Assembly: GCA_050246755.1 (NCBI GenBank)
Contig: JBFWVL010000002.1
Coordinates: 224,001 to 288,000 of the forward strand
Length of the DNA stretch: 64,000 nucleotides
Direction of reading: 5' to 3'
DNA from: Bacteriovoracia bacterium
GTDB lineage: Bacteria > Bdellovibrionota > UBA1018 > CAIPTA01
How positions within the stretch are numbered: position 1 is the stretch's first letter; each line of letters starts with the position of its first letter. A program made the translations under genes and the position numbers. Below the pieces are notes generated by a model. The model had not been told where the DNA came from and ran no database searches. It saw only the letters and a program-made list of their open reading frames with translations. Shown here in pieces: positions 1 through 9,987 of this stretch.

Positions 1-1201
1 GCCGGAGCGGGGAGTTTAGGAGCGCGTTCGCCACGAGGTAGGGCTGGTAGCGCAATGCTTCGATCGCGGCCACGCGTTTGGGCTCGAGGTTCGGGATGAT
101 TTTCTTAGCCACAAATTTCGGGCAAGCCATCACCACGGCCCGGGCTTTGATCCGGCGCAATTTTCTATTTTCGTCTTCGTAGGTAACGAAAGAATGCTTT
201 CCTTTTACTTCCACGTCGAGCACCACGCTCGAAGGCCGGAGGTTCTGCGGGATTTCTTTATGCAGGGCTGCGAGGAAGCGCTCGGCCACGCCGGCGTTTC
301 CGCCCGGGGTCACGAGCACATCGGCAAATTCGCCGCCGAAGAAGCAAACGCCGAGGGCCGCGCTCGTTTCCCGCATGCTGCTTCCCATGCCGGACCAGCA
401 ATAATCTTCCAGTAGGGACCGCAGGTGGGAATGCAGGGGAGCGCCCAGCTCTTTTTCCACGAATTCGAGGAAGTTATATTTATCCAGTTCCCGTACGGCC
501 CGCTTCTCGGGCTCGTTGGTGTAAGGAATCACCGGATAGATCCGGCCATTTTGGCTGAGGCCGAAATCGTGAAAAAGCTGCGCGAACTTTTTAAACTGGG
601 CGCGCGCTGCCGGATCCGTATCGCCTTCCAGGAATTTTGGAAATACTTTCCCGCGGTACAGGATTGGGTCCGCTTCTTTTTTGATGGTGGCAATGTCGTA
701 TACACCCACTTCGCGGAAAAGCGCGTGGAGCGGCGTGCCCGGTTCGGCCGACATGAAATAGGCCGCGCCGATGCCGTAGTCCACGCCCCGCCAGGATTCT
801 CCGCGCGCGTTTCCGCCGAAACGTTCGCCCCGTTCTAGCAGAATGGGTTTAAGGTCCCGGAGCAGGTAAGCCGAAATGATCCCGCTCATCCCTCCGCCCA
901 CGATCACCACCGGCGCTTCCTCCGAAACCTCCGGCAGCCCTCCCGCTTTTTCCAGGTAGGCGGGCTTATCCCAGAGGATGCCGTGCGCGCGGTCGGGATT
1001 GTCGCCCGAGTAATTCGTGGCGGGCTTGGCGTAATGGCGATCAATCGGAGAAATCGCCGCGAAACGCAGTTCCGTAGTTTCCACCGGGAGGGAGGAAGGC
1101 GGAGCCATTCTATGCGCGCAGCTCCAGAGCGAAGGAAGCGAGGCCGCTACGGCGCCGATTCCGATCCAGCGCAGGGCTTCGCGGCGAGAAATATTTTTCA
1201 T
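1..1201 (-). CDS. Tat-exported FAD/NAD(P)-dependent oxidoreductase (amine oxidase-like), runs off the window start
   Basis: Manual translation from ATG at 1201: MKNISRREALRWIGIGAVAA (twin-arginine signal), then the Rossmann motif VVIVGGGMSG...LLERGERFGGNARG...GAAYF. Absent from the ORF track because it is open at the edge. Confidence 0.8.
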   Translation of the reverse strand, partial: MKNISRREALRWIGIGAVAASLPSLWSCAHRMAPPSSLPVETTELRFAAISPIDRHYAKPATNYSGDNPDRAHGILWDKPAYLEKAGGLPEVSEEAPVVIVGGGMSGIISAYLLRDLKPILLERGERFGGNARGESWRGVDYGIGAAYFMSAEPGTPLHALFREVGVYDIATIKKEADPILYRGKVFPKFLEGDTDPAARAQFKKFAQLFHDFGLSQNGRIYPVIPYTNEPEKRAVRELDKYNFLEFVEKELGAPLHSHLRSLLEDYCWSGMGSSMRETSAALGVCFFGGEFADVLVTPGGNAGVAERFLAALHKEIPQNLRPSSVVLDVEVKGKHSFVTYEDENRKLRRIKARAVVMACPKFVAKKIIPNLEPKRVAAIEALRYQPYLVANALLNSPLR

Positions 1202-1234
1202 GGCTCGAGTATAGCGGGAGGCAAATTAAGAAAG

Positions 1235-1774
1235 CTAGCTGCGCTGCGGGAGGAGGGCGCTGATGCGGAGCGGGATCCGGTGGGTGGATTTTCCGTGCGC
1301 CCGCTGATTAAGAAGGGAAAGCAGCACGTTCACTGTGTCGAGATTGAGCACGTAAGCCACTGGCAGCTCGCTGAGGGCGGTTTGCCGGAAATTCAAGGGG
1401 CAAACGTCGCGCACTTTTTGGTCTTCCTTTACACTCACCTGAAGCGGCACGCCGTGACTGCGGCAAACGAGGGGCCGTGCTTCGTAGATCGCACACTCTC
1501 CCCCCGCGGTCAGCAAAGCGCAGCGTTTTCCCTGGTGAGGATCCTCGGCTTCGGCCATCTCGGCAGCGGCCAGAGACTCGGGGGACCGGGCGAGAAATTC
1601 CCGGATCGCGCCCGCTTCGAGCTCGCTCACGCTCAAGCCGGGCTTGCAGCAGGAATGGCAGCCCGGCGCGCAGGCCATCTCGGCGCGGTAGGCGCTATGG
1701 ATCTCGTTGAATTTATCGTCCACGCGGCCCCTCAGCTCGAGGTATTGGCGCAGGTTTTCGGGATTTTCGCTCAT
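1235..1774 (-). CDS. YkgJ-family cysteine-cluster (zinc/Fe-S) protein
   Basis: CAPGCHSCC and CALL...CAIYEARPLVCR motifs. Confidence 0.85.
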   Translation of the reverse strand: MSENPENLRQYLELRGRVDDKFNEIHSAYRAEMACAPGCHSCCKPGLSVSELEAGAIREFLARSPESLAAAEMAEAEDPHQGKRCALLTAGGECAIYEARPLVCRSHGVPLQVSVKEDQKVRDVCPLNFRQTALSELPVAYVLNLDTVNVLLSLLNQRAHGKSTHRIPLRISALLPQRS

Positions 1775-2184
1775 GCCTGCGCGTTGAGGCCAGGGCCGGC
1801 GGAGGGCGCGTCGTCTTTTTGCACGAGACTGAAGAGCGGCACGTCCACTTCGAAGAGCTCGCCGTTGTCGCGCATCATTTTATAGGAGCCACGCATACTG
1901 CCGAAGGGCGTGGGCAGCGGGCAAAAACTATCGTAGGTAAAGCTCTCGCCCGGCTTGAGGCGGGGCTGCTTGCCGATCACACCGGGGCCTTTTACTTCTT
2001 CCATGCGGCCGAGCGCGTCGGTGATCGTCCAGTGGCGGTGGAGGAGCTGCACGGGCTCGGGGTTCTCGTTCGAGATGGTGATCTCGTAGCCAAATAAATA
2101 TTGATTAAGGGCCGGCACGCTTTTTTCGGCGATGTAGTAGGTGGCCACTTCAATGCGTACACCGTTGGTCGTTTTCGATCTCAT
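1771..2184 (-). CDS. apaG: ApaG protein
   Basis: YLFGYEITISN...QLLHRHWTITD...EEVKGPGVIGKQPRLKPGESFTY..SFCPLPTPFGSMRGSY. Confidence 0.95.
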   Translation of the reverse strand: MRSKTTNGVRIEVATYYIAEKSVPALNQYLFGYEITISNENPEPVQLLHRHWTITDALGRMEEVKGPGVIGKQPRLKPGESFTYDSFCPLPTPFGSMRGSYKMMRDNGELFEVDVPLFSLVQKDDAPSAGPGLNAQA

Positions 2185-3122
2185 GCTTTTTTTCCGCCTT
2201 TTTTGACCATCTTCTTCGTCTTTTGGGGCGCTTTTTTCTTGGGCTTCCCGCCCTTAGCAGTACCGCTTTGGATAATATAAGTTTTTCCGCAATATTCACA
2301 GCGGATATTCGTCGCTTTACCCTCCTGGAATGATCCTTCTTTTTTCTCCTGCGCTTCCAGGAGCGCCAGGGCGCGTTCCGCGCGATCCGTGGAGCATTTA
2401 CACGCAAATTTCACGCGCTGGTTCATCACGAGCTTGGGATTTTCTTCGCCGCATATTAGCCGCAGCATATCGAGGGGCACGCATTCGGGCCGCAGTAGCC
2501 AACGCGAAATGGGTCCGAGCGCTTGCATCTGGCGATCCCAACGCAGGAGCGCTTCATTTAATTTTGCTTCCGTGGGCTGCGGCAGCACGTGGATCAAGTA
2601 GGCGAGCGCGGAGCTTACCTTGAATTTCGATTTATCTTTTTCGTCCCAATTGATCACCACCGAAAGATTGATGCCGCAATTTTTTTGTTCCGACTGTTCG
2701 AGAAATTCCACGAGATCGGCGCCCACTTGGCCGGTGGCATTCACCACGCTGGTGCGTCCCACGGCGCCGTGCGCGCGCCGCACTTGCAAAATTCCTTCGC
2801 CGAGGCCGGTTTCGTAGTCGGCCACGGGCGGCTGGGGATGCTGGATCGTGCCGCGGACTTCGCCGTAGTTGCGGGCCTCTGCGTATAGATGCCCGAAGGG
2901 GCCCGCGCAATTCCACTGCAGAGAAAGAGTTTCGCCGTCTTCGCTATCGGAGAGCGCCTGGAGAAGTACCGACGCCATCATCGCCTGGCCGAGGTGCTTG
3001 GTGGCGGGCGGCCAGCAATCGATGCGCTCCATGGATTCCTGCACAAGCGAAGTGGCGTCGAGGGCATATACGACCACCTCTTGGTTTTCGCTGATGGCCT
3101 TTAAGAGTGAGTCGTTATTCAT
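2181..3122 (-). CDS. hslO: Hsp33 redox-regulated chaperone
   Basis: GPFGHLYAEA, SEQ, and the C-terminal zinc centre FACKCS...CEYC; Lys-rich tail. Confidence 0.8.
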   Translation of the reverse strand: MNNDSLLKAISENQEVVVYALDATSLVQESMERIDCWPPATKHLGQAMMASVLLQALSDSEDGETLSLQWNCAGPFGHLYAEARNYGEVRGTIQHPQPPVADYETGLGEGILQVRRAHGAVGRTSVVNATGQVGADLVEFLEQSEQKNCGINLSVVINWDEKDKSKFKVSSALAYLIHVLPQPTEAKLNEALLRWDRQMQALGPISRWLLRPECVPLDMLRLICGEENPKLVMNQRVKFACKCSTDRAERALALLEAQEKKEGSFQEGKATNIRCEYCGKTYIIQSGTAKGGKPKKKAPQKTKKMVKKGGKKA

Positions 3123-5002
3123 TGCAGTGCGCCTGCGATTAATTTAGCAGGAATTTTTGTTTTTGGCACTTTGAGCGGAAACCAGTCGCGCACGTCGCGC
3201 TCGAGGCCTTCCGCGTGCATGAAATTATAGAGCGCGCGCTTGAGTCCTTCGCCCAGGGAATCGTGGTCCACGTGCAGCGGATCTTCGAAGGGGATATCGT
3301 TCTCGGAAAAGCGCCCATGCCGCGCATAAAGGGAGGGCGGCGTTTCGAGGAGGCGGATCCCGTATTTCTGGGGATTTTTCCCGATCGGGCTGTGCACGGT
3401 GGCGGCGAAGCGGTGCCAGAAGGCGCTTTGCAGGCAGCCGAGCGAAAAAAGTTGCCGCACCACTTCGAGGCTGTCGACGGTTTCCTGCACCGTTTCGGTA
3501 GGGAATCCGTACATCAGATAGGCATGCACGAAAATCCCGCTGTCCTGAAAGGCTCGGGTCACCTTCGCCACCTGCTCGATCGTGACGCCTTTTTCGATGA
3601 GGGTAAGGAGGCGCGCGGAGGCCACTTCGAGCCCCCCCGTGACGGCGATGCAGCCCGCGCGCTTCATCAGCTGCGTGAGCTCGGGCGTGAAGGCCTTATC
3701 GAAGCGCACGTTCCCCCACCATTCGAATTTTAGATTTCTTCGCAGCAGCTCTTCCGCGAGGGCCCGCAGGATGGCGGGCGGGGCAGCTTCGTCCACGAAG
3801 TGAAAGCCGGTGGCGCCCGTTTCCCGGGAGATTTTTTCCATTTTATCCACGAGGCGCGCGGCCTTTTCGGTTTCATAGCGTCCGATATAGTCGAGCGAGG
3901 TATCGCAGAAGGAACAGCGTCTCCAGTAGCAGCCGTGGGCGAGGGTGAGTTTATTCCAGAAAAATCCGCTCCAGAGCCTCGTCATCGGATTCAGCATTTC
4001 GTACATGCGGATATAGTTTTTTATGGGGAGGCCTTCGTAGGAGGGCGTGCCGGTTTCGCGGAACGGTAAATCGCGCTCGGCGGGATTCACGGCATAGTGC
4101 ACTTTGCCTTGGGCGCGATAGTAGGTACGGAAGAGATCTTCTTTTTTTCGCTGGCCCCGCAGGCATTCGATCAGGCAGAGCAGGGGGCGCTCCCCATCGT
4201 CGATCGTGATGAAATCCACGTAGTCGAACACGCGGGGATCTTCGAGGCGGCGTAGCTCGGTATTGGGGTAGCCTCCCCCGAGCGCCACGGGAATATTTCT
4301 GGCTTTCGCCGCTTGGCCCATGCGCAAGGCTCCGTAGACGGTGCCGGCAAAGGGCGCCGAAAGGCAGAAGAGATCGGGTTTCTCTTTGTCGAGCCACTCT
4401 TCGGTGATCTCGAGGAGGATTTTATCTACCAGCGTGGGCGCCCGCTCCAGTTCGGCGCGCAAGGCCTCGAAGCTCGGCTGGGAGGCCGCAAGTTTTTCGC
4501 CGTAGCGGGAGAACTGAAACTGGGGGTCGATTCCGAGCTTCACGTAGTCGGCGAGGTCATCGAGGTAGAGGGAGGCGAGGTGCTGCGCCTTATCGGCTTC
4601 GGGGAGCGCCTCGAATTGATCGAGGAGAATCCCGCCCTCATGGAGTCCGGCAAAGCGCGGGCCTTCGGGCAGGAGATCGCGCGCCGCTATTTTCTTTTGC
4701 GCACCGGGATTTTTTCCCTGCAGGTACCTTACCGCTTCTTCCACGGTGGCGAGGTAATCCTCGAAGGCCTCGGCGAAGAATGCCAATTCGGGCGCGAGGT
4801 GCTTTTTCGGTAGCGCGGCCCGGATCCGCGAAAGCCCCTTTTGGCAAAAAAGCCTGAGAATCAGCTCTAACGCGGGATCGGCCTGGGTGGCCTTTACCTC
4901 ACCGCCGGGAAACTGTTCGTCGAGAAAGCCCTTGAGGTAGGCCGTGGCGGGGTAGGGCGTATTGATTTGCACCATGGGAGCGGTGCAGAGGAAAAGTTTC
5001 AT
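3119..5002 (-). CDS. B12-binding domain radical SAM protein
   Basis: HGCYWRRCSFCD (CxxxCxxC); N-terminal QINTPYPATAYLKGFL; GLEVASARLL. Confidence 0.9.
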   Translation of the reverse strand: MKLFLCTAPMVQINTPYPATAYLKGFLDEQFPGGEVKATQADPALELILRLFCQKGLSRIRAALPKKHLAPELAFFAEAFEDYLATVEEAVRYLQGKNPGAQKKIAARDLLPEGPRFAGLHEGGILLDQFEALPEADKAQHLASLYLDDLADYVKLGIDPQFQFSRYGEKLAASQPSFEALRAELERAPTLVDKILLEITEEWLDKEKPDLFCLSAPFAGTVYGALRMGQAAKARNIPVALGGGYPNTELRRLEDPRVFDYVDFITIDDGERPLLCLIECLRGQRKKEDLFRTYYRAQGKVHYAVNPAERDLPFRETGTPSYEGLPIKNYIRMYEMLNPMTRLWSGFFWNKLTLAHGCYWRRCSFCDTSLDYIGRYETEKAARLVDKMEKISRETGATGFHFVDEAAPPAILRALAEELLRRNLKFEWWGNVRFDKAFTPELTQLMKRAGCIAVTGGLEVASARLLTLIEKGVTIEQVAKVTRAFQDSGIFVHAYLMYGFPTETVQETVDSLEVVRQLFSLGCLQSAFWHRFAATVHSPIGKNPQKYGIRLLETPPSLYARHGRFSENDIPFEDPLHVDHDSLGEGLKRALYNFMHAEGLERDVRDWFPLKVPKTKIPAKLIAGALQ

Positions 5003-5031
5003 GACGCAACTTGTCTATCACGAGAGTTTTA

Positions 5032-5183
5032 CTAGTTGGTATACTTGATTGTTGTTTTCGCAGAGATTCTCGCCTGAATTCGCGCGGGTTCAGGCGAGTG
5101 GTATTAATCCGAAACCATTTTAGAAATTCTCGAATAACTATCGGGCTTTACGATGGTCCATACACAATCAAGTAGACCAGGTC
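5032..5183. mobile_element. MITE-like non-autonomous insertion with terminal inverted repeats and a 9-bp direct repeat
   Basis: IR TGGTATACTTGATTGT (5037-5052) vs ACAATCAAGTAGACCA (5164-5179), 15/16 match; AGAGTTTTA flanks both sides (5023-5031, 5184-5192); internal 10-bp hairpin CTCGCCTGAA/TTCAGGCGAG (5069-5098). Confidence 0.65.
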
Positions 5184-6300
5184 AGAGTTTTAGAAAGTTC
5201 AAAGCCTTCTTCGACCAGCTCGCGGCGAAGGACTCTGCACTAGCTCGCTGGATCTCGGCCAAGACGCCTTTTCCCAGCGCTTTACCGGCCTTAGCGGGCA
5301 GATAGCTCTGCAATACCTTTGCCCCGCCCGGGAAATTTTCCTGCAAACCGGCGAGGGCCCGCGCATAGCCATAGAGGGGGATCTTAGGAGACGAAAGCTT
5401 GGCGAAGCCCTCGAGTAGCGCCTCGGCCACTTCGGCCTTTTCCTCTCCACTAAGCAAGGAGTGCCGGGCGATGGCGGCTCCCCAGGCATCGAAAAAAGGC
5501 CCTACCGGCAATAAAAAATCCCGGCTGCGGCGCAGGCATTTGGGCTTTCGCAGGGGATAGTGGCGGTGGTTCTCGGGTGCCATAAAGGCTTTGTTTAAGG
5601 TTCCGGCCTCGACTAGGGTTTCCTGGGCCGGGCCAAAATCGGCGTGCTTCTCGTGGCCCAGCTTATACACGCGAAGGCGGAGAGGATCATTCGGGGGAAG
5701 CTCCCATTGGTCGATCACGCGATCCAAATCCCCGAGGTTATGCGCGATCAGGGTGCAGCACTTGAGGAGCTCCACGCCCTTACGCTGTTTTTTCAAGGAA
5801 TCGAAAATCTTGGCCTCGAGCAGCAGTTCCTCCACGATTTTTTCCACGAAGGCGGCGGCGATTTCAGGATTGCGGTTTCGGTGCGAGGCGTAGGCGCCAG
5901 CCGCCACGCTGAACCACTCTCCCTGGTGCCCGGAAACGTAGGCTCCTTCCGCCTCGGCGAGGCGAGTGGTTACCGGGCGAAAATCCCAGTTCCGCGATTC
6001 GAGCGTGAGCGCCGCCATTTTCTCCGTGATCTCGAGCGGCAGGCTCTCGTCCCAGAGGTGTTTGCGGATTTGGTTATCCACGTCGGTGGGAACGAAGGTG
6101 GCCACGGTGCCGTAGTGGGCGCAGAGGCAGAGGCGGAAGTACTCGAGGTGGTTGAGCGGGGCAGAGGTATCCGTGCGCACCGCGCTCAGGGTTTGCACAT
6201 AGGGCAAAGACCCAAACTCAGGGGTAAAAAGGAAGGCGGCGGTATTTTCCACGAGAGAGAGGAGAGCGGCGGGCTCGATCCCGCGCCGGGGAGCGTTCAC
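5182..6300 (-). CDS. Hypothetical protein
   Basis: Long ORF; GTG start at 6300 directly follows the ferredoxin stop; no family recognised. Confidence 0.75.
   Translation of the reverse strand: MNAPRRGIEPAALLSLVENTAAFLFTPEFGSLPYVQTLSAVRTDTSAPLNHLEYFRLCLCAHYGTVATFVPTDVDNQIRKHLWDESLPLEITEKMAALTLESRNWDFRPVTTRLAEAEGAYVSGHQGEWFSVAAGAYASHRNRNPEIAAAFVEKIVEELLLEAKIFDSLKKQRKGVELLKCCTLIAHNLGDLDRVIDQWELPPNDPLRLRVYKLGHEKHADFGPAQETLVEAGTLNKAFMAPENHRHYPLRKPKCLRRSRDFLLPVGPFFDAWGAAIARHSLLSGEEKAEVAEALLEGFAKLSSPKIPLYGYARALAGLQENFPGGAKVLQSYLPAKAGKALGKGVLAEIQRASAESFAASWSKKALNFLKL
6158..6170 (-). repeat. 13-mer ATACCTCTGCCCC copy inside a CDS
   Basis: Exact GGGGCAGAGGTAT on the + strand; encodes DTSAP in the host gene. 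Confidence 0.7.
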
Positions 6301-6302
6301 GG

Positions 6303-6602
6303 TTATTCCTTCCGAATGGCTTTTTCCACCGCATCCACGAGTGTGTCCACGTCGTCTTTTTTGAGGTCCAGGAACCATTCACCTTTAGGATAGAGCACCG
6401 CCGCGATTCCGCGCTCGCACTGGTCCAAACAGCCTGCGCTATTGATCCTCACGCTGCCCTTGGGAAATCCCTTCGCTTTGCAAGCGTCCTTCACGCGTTC
6501 CCGTAGCTTTTCGGCTCCCTTGGGGCAGCAGCTTTCGCGTTTGCCATTGGGGCCCCGATCGTTGGTGCAAATGAACAGGTGGGCGGTGAATTTGGGTTCC
6601 AT
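6303..6602 (-). CDS. Thioredoxin-like [2Fe-2S] ferredoxin
   Basis: HLFICTN...SCC...RINSAGCLDQCERG...YPKGEWF; start set at MEPKF. Confidence 0.9.
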   Translation of the reverse strand: MEPKFTAHLFICTNDRGPNGKRESCCPKGAEKLRERVKDACKAKGFPKGSVRINSAGCLDQCERGIAAVLYPKGEWFLDLKKDDVDTLVDAVEKAIRKE

Positions 6603-6717
6603 TAGGCGGAGACTAGCATGGCTCCCGGCTCCTCGTGAGGGGAGGAAGAAAAAAGAGGTGGTTTTTCGGGGCACAAATGCCCATAATTTTTAAAGCCACA
6701 CGGGCGCGGGGGTTTTC

Positions 6718-8160
6718 ATGAATAAATACCTTTCGGTTTTCTCCAATAAAAGAATGCTGACCACTTTGCTGCTGGGATTTTCTGGCGGTTTGCCGCTGGC
6801 CCTCGTGGGATCCACCCTCCAGGCCTGGCTCGCGCGTTCCAATGTGGACATCGTGTTGATCGGGCAGTTCGCGCTGATCCAATACCCCTATGCCCTTAAA
6901 TTCCTGTGGGCTCCGTTTATGGACAATAAACCTCTGCCCTTCCTCGGGCTGCGCCGGGGTTGGCTCGTGGTTAGCCAGATCGGGCTCTTCGCCGCCACCT
7001 GGGGCTTGGGCTCGATCGGAAATCCTTCCAATACCATCGCGCTCTTCTCGCTGCTGGCCTTCCTGCTCGCGTTTTTCAGCGCCAGCCAGGACATCGTGAT
7101 CGACGCCTACCGCACCGAAATCATCGAGGACGAAAAAGAGCTTGGCGCCGGTGCCTCCACTTATATCACCGGCTACCGCATCGCCACGCTGGTATCGGGA
7201 GGGGTGGCGCTCGGCCTCGTGGACCAGATCGGCTGGAAGCACGTCTATTTCCTCATGGCCTCCATCAACTTGGTGGGGCTCGTTACCGTGCTGCTTTCCA
7301 AGGAACCTAAAGTAACGCGTGAAGTGAAGACGCAAACCGGCTCCTTCACGAAACCTTTTATCGAGTTCTTCCAGCGCAGCGGCGCGATGGAAATTTTGAT
7401 TTTTGTGATGGTCTACAAATTGTCTACGCTCATGGCCACCGCACTCACCACGAAGTTTCTCGTGGATCTGGGCTATTCCAATCTCATGATCGGCACCGTG
7501 AATAAGGGTGCCGGTCTCATCGCCACGATCGCGGGCACGCTCGCCGGCGGAGCGCTGATGGCCAAGCTTGGGCTCAAGCGCTCCCTTTGGGTATTCGGGA
7601 TCCTGCAGGCCATGGTGGGGCTCACGTTCTGCGCGCTTTCCTATCTGGCCAGCCATGGCGGGGAAATCCAGAATCTCGGCCTGGTGATGGTAGTGAGTAT
7701 CGATAATTTCTTCATGGGAATGGGCACCGCCGCGCTCACCGGATTCCTCATGCACGTTTGCAGCAAACGCTATACCGCCACGCACTACGCCTTGCTCACG
7801 AGCGTGATGGCGGTGGGGCGGGTGGTGCTGATCGCGCACGCGGGCACCCTCGTGGCGTGGATGGGGTATAACTGGTTCTTCATCGCCACGGTGCCGCTGG
7901 CGATTCCGGGGCTCTTACTCCTGCGCCGCTATGATTTCTGGGAGAAGAGCTCCGGCCAGCTCGTGACCACGAAGGTGCCCAAATTCGAATTAGGGCTGAT
8001 GGTGGTGATGATGGCCTCGCTGCTCCTGCTTTCCTCGGATCCCGTTTGGAGATTTTTGGATAAAAAGGCCCTGGGCACCGAAGTGGCGCTGCTCGGCGCC
8101 TTCGGGGTGCTCGCGGTGGTGGCGCTCGGCTTGCTCAAGCCCCAGGCGCAGCGCACCTAA
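6718..8160 (+). CDS. ampG: AmpG-family muropeptide MFS transporter
   Basis: LLGFSGGLPL, KFLWAPFMD, GLRRGW, SASQDIVIDAYR motifs. Confidence 0.92.
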   Translation: MNKYLSVFSNKRMLTTLLLGFSGGLPLALVGSTLQAWLARSNVDIVLIGQFALIQYPYALKFLWAPFMDNKPLPFLGLRRGWLVVSQIGLFAATWGLGSIGNPSNTIALFSLLAFLLAFFSASQDIVIDAYRTEIIEDEKELGAGASTYITGYRIATLVSGGVALGLVDQIGWKHVYFLMASINLVGLVTVLLSKEPKVTREVKTQTGSFTKPFIEFFQRSGAMEILIFVMVYKLSTLMATALTTKFLVDLGYSNLMIGTVNKGAGLIATIAGTLAGGALMAKLGLKRSLWVFGILQAMVGLTFCALSYLASHGGEIQNLGLVMVVSIDNFFMGMGTAALTGFLMHVCSKRYTATHYALLTSVMAVGRVVLIAHAGTLVAWMGYNWFFIATVPLAIPGLLLLRRYDFWEKSSGQLVTTKVPKFELGLMVVMMASLLLLSSDPVWRFLDKKALGTEVALLGAFGVLAVVALGLLKPQAQRT

Positions 8161-8555
8161 GCCTGGACCATCACCAGCGCTTCACCGGTGGCGGCGGGTT
8201 TGCCGTCGGCCTTGAGGGCTTTGGTCTCAATCGTGAGAAAACCTTTTTCTTCGCGGATATTTAGTACCGTGAGCTCGATGATGATTTCTTCGTCCACGAA
8301 AACCGGCGCGGTAAACTTCAAGCTTTGGGTTAAGTAAACGGCGCCGGGGCCCGGCAATTCGGTGGCTAGTGCGCGCGAGATGAGGGCGCCCGTGATCATT
8401 CCGTGGGCAATGCGCCGCCCGAAGCGGGTGGTCTTGGCGAACGCGTCGTCGAGGTGCACGGGATTTTTGTCGCCGCTGAGCTCGGCGAAGTCCCGGATCA
8501 TTTTATCGGTAACGGTTACGCGCACGGAGGCTTTGTCGCCCACTTTGAATTTCAT
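8157..8555 (-). CDS. MaoC-family (R)-specific enoyl-CoA hydratase/dehydratase
   Basis: FAELSGDKNPVHLD...IAHGM...LPGPG hot-dog fold motif. Confidence 0.92.
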   Translation of the reverse strand: MKFKVGDKASVRVTVTDKMIRDFAELSGDKNPVHLDDAFAKTTRFGRRIAHGMITGALISRALATELPGPGAVYLTQSLKFTAPVFVDEEIIIELTVLNIREEKGFLTIETKALKADGKPAATGEALVMVQA

Positions 8556-8622
8556 TTCATTCTCCCGAAATTTATTTTCTTACCGGTTTGCCCGCGCCCC
8601 GGCAAAATGGCAAGCTGATCTT

Positions 8623-9987
8623 ATGGGGTTGATGCGCTTTTCGTTGATGGGGTTACTATTCCTTTTTTCCGTCCAGCCGGCGGGGGCCGCCGAGTGGAAA
8701 TTTTCGCTGAACGGCGAAACCGAGGTCACCGGCCTGCATTGGCAGGAAAAAGTTTTGCCCGATAATCGGCAGAACCGCTATCTGCTGAACCAGAAGCTGC
8801 CGATGACGTTGCGCTACGGGCGCGCGTGGCGGTTCCGCCTACAGCCGATTGCGCTCTTCGATCCTAATAATATCTCCAAGAGCGAGCGCCTATTCTGGGA
8901 TATCCAGGAGGGCTACCTCCAGTACCAGGCGCTACCCTGGACGGTGCAAGTGGGGAATAATATTTTCACCTGGGGCGATACCGACGTGTTCAATCCGCTC
9001 GACGTGGTGAACCAGCGCCGCTATTTCGATCCCTTCCAGTCCGAAAAGCTCGGCGCCCCCGCTCTGATGGTGAAGCGGGAGTTCGAAACATTTTTCGTGG
9101 AAGCGATTTATATCCCGAAGCAGAGAAAAACGTTATTGCCCGGCGAGCAGAGCCGCTGGCTCCCGCGCGACGTGTATAAAAGCCGCAGTTACCGCGTGCC
9201 GATCGTAGCCGGTGGAGTCACGAAAACCTACAATACCACCCTGAATTTACCGTCGGTGGTGAACTACCATTATATGAAGCCCGAGGAGCGCGACAATGCC
9301 CTCGACAATAGTTTCGGCGGCCGTTTCAAATTCCGTTTTCCCGGTTTCGACTGGACGCTCGCGGCGTTCCAGGGAACCGCTCCCACACCCGCGGTAAACG
9401 TAAAGGAAGTAGGGCTCCTTGGTAATATCGCGATTCTGTCGTCCACCGAAATCTCGGCCACTATGCTGGAGCCCGACCTCACGGTGCAGGCCACGTACTA
9501 TCAGTCGCGCATGGGCGGCACCAGTTTCACGCTCGTGGCCGGAGATTTTTTGGTGAAGGGCGCCTCGGCGTATACTTCTCCCGTAAAGCACGCGGGCGAT
9601 TTACCGGCGAAAACGCTCGAGAACGCCCTTGGCCTAGAGCGCACCTTCAGCGTGGGCAAGGGATCGCTTACCGCCTTGGCGCAGGGAACCTACGTGAAGC
9701 GCGGAGACCGCGTGGACACGAACTCCGTTTCGCTAGCCCGTATGTTCGATCGGGCCGGCATGGGGGCCCTTCGCTGGTCGGCGAGCGAGAAGCTCACGGT
9801 ACTGGCTTCTTACCTGCGCGATATCCGTTACAAAGGCAACGTCGTGCATGCCGACGCTTCCTATAAGATCGCCGATGGCTGGCGCGCCAAAGTGGGGGCG
9901 GATTTTCTTTCCGGCCCCACCGAGACGCCGATCGGTACCTACGGGCGTAACGACCGGATTACTTTGTCTTTGAATTCTCAGTGGTGA
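8623..9987 (+). CDS. Putative outer-membrane beta-barrel (DUF1302-like)
   Basis: Signal peptide; QVGNNIFTWGDTDVFNPLDVVN motif; amphipathic strands ending in C-terminal Trp; next to an MMPL/LolA-like gene. Confidence 0.65.
   Translation: MGLMRFSLMGLLFLFSVQPAGAAEWKFSLNGETEVTGLHWQEKVLPDNRQNRYLLNQKLPMTLRYGRAWRFRLQPIALFDPNNISKSERLFWDIQEGYLQYQALPWTVQVGNNIFTWGDTDVFNPLDVVNQRRYFDPFQSEKLGAPALMVKREFETFFVEAIYIPKQRKTLLPGEQSRWLPRDVYKSRSYRVPIVAGGVTKTYNTTLNLPSVVNYHYMKPEERDNALDNSFGGRFKFRFPGFDWTLAAFQGTAPTPAVNVKEVGLLGNIAILSSTEISATMLEPDLTVQATYYQSRMGGTSFTLVAGDFLVKGASAYTSPVKHAGDLPAKTLENALGLERTFSVGKGSLTALAQGTYVKRGDRVDTNSVSLARMFDRAGMGALRWSASEKLTVLASYLRDIRYKGNVVHADASYKIADGWRAKVGADFLSGPTETPIGTYGRNDRITLSLNSQW

Noticed and set aside
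983-1885. 300-aa + strand ORF and other long antisense ORFs (e.g. 6613-7839, 20646-21521, 43357-44286, 51636-52574, 53879-55207)
   Set aside because: Shadow frames opposite well-supported genes in GC-rich DNA, with no recognisable motifs.
6928-6940. AAACCTCTGCCCT in ampG, and ATGCCTGTGCCCC near 32745, as motif copies
   Set aside because: 11/13 matches in conserved coding context with no GAGG extension; compatible with chance.
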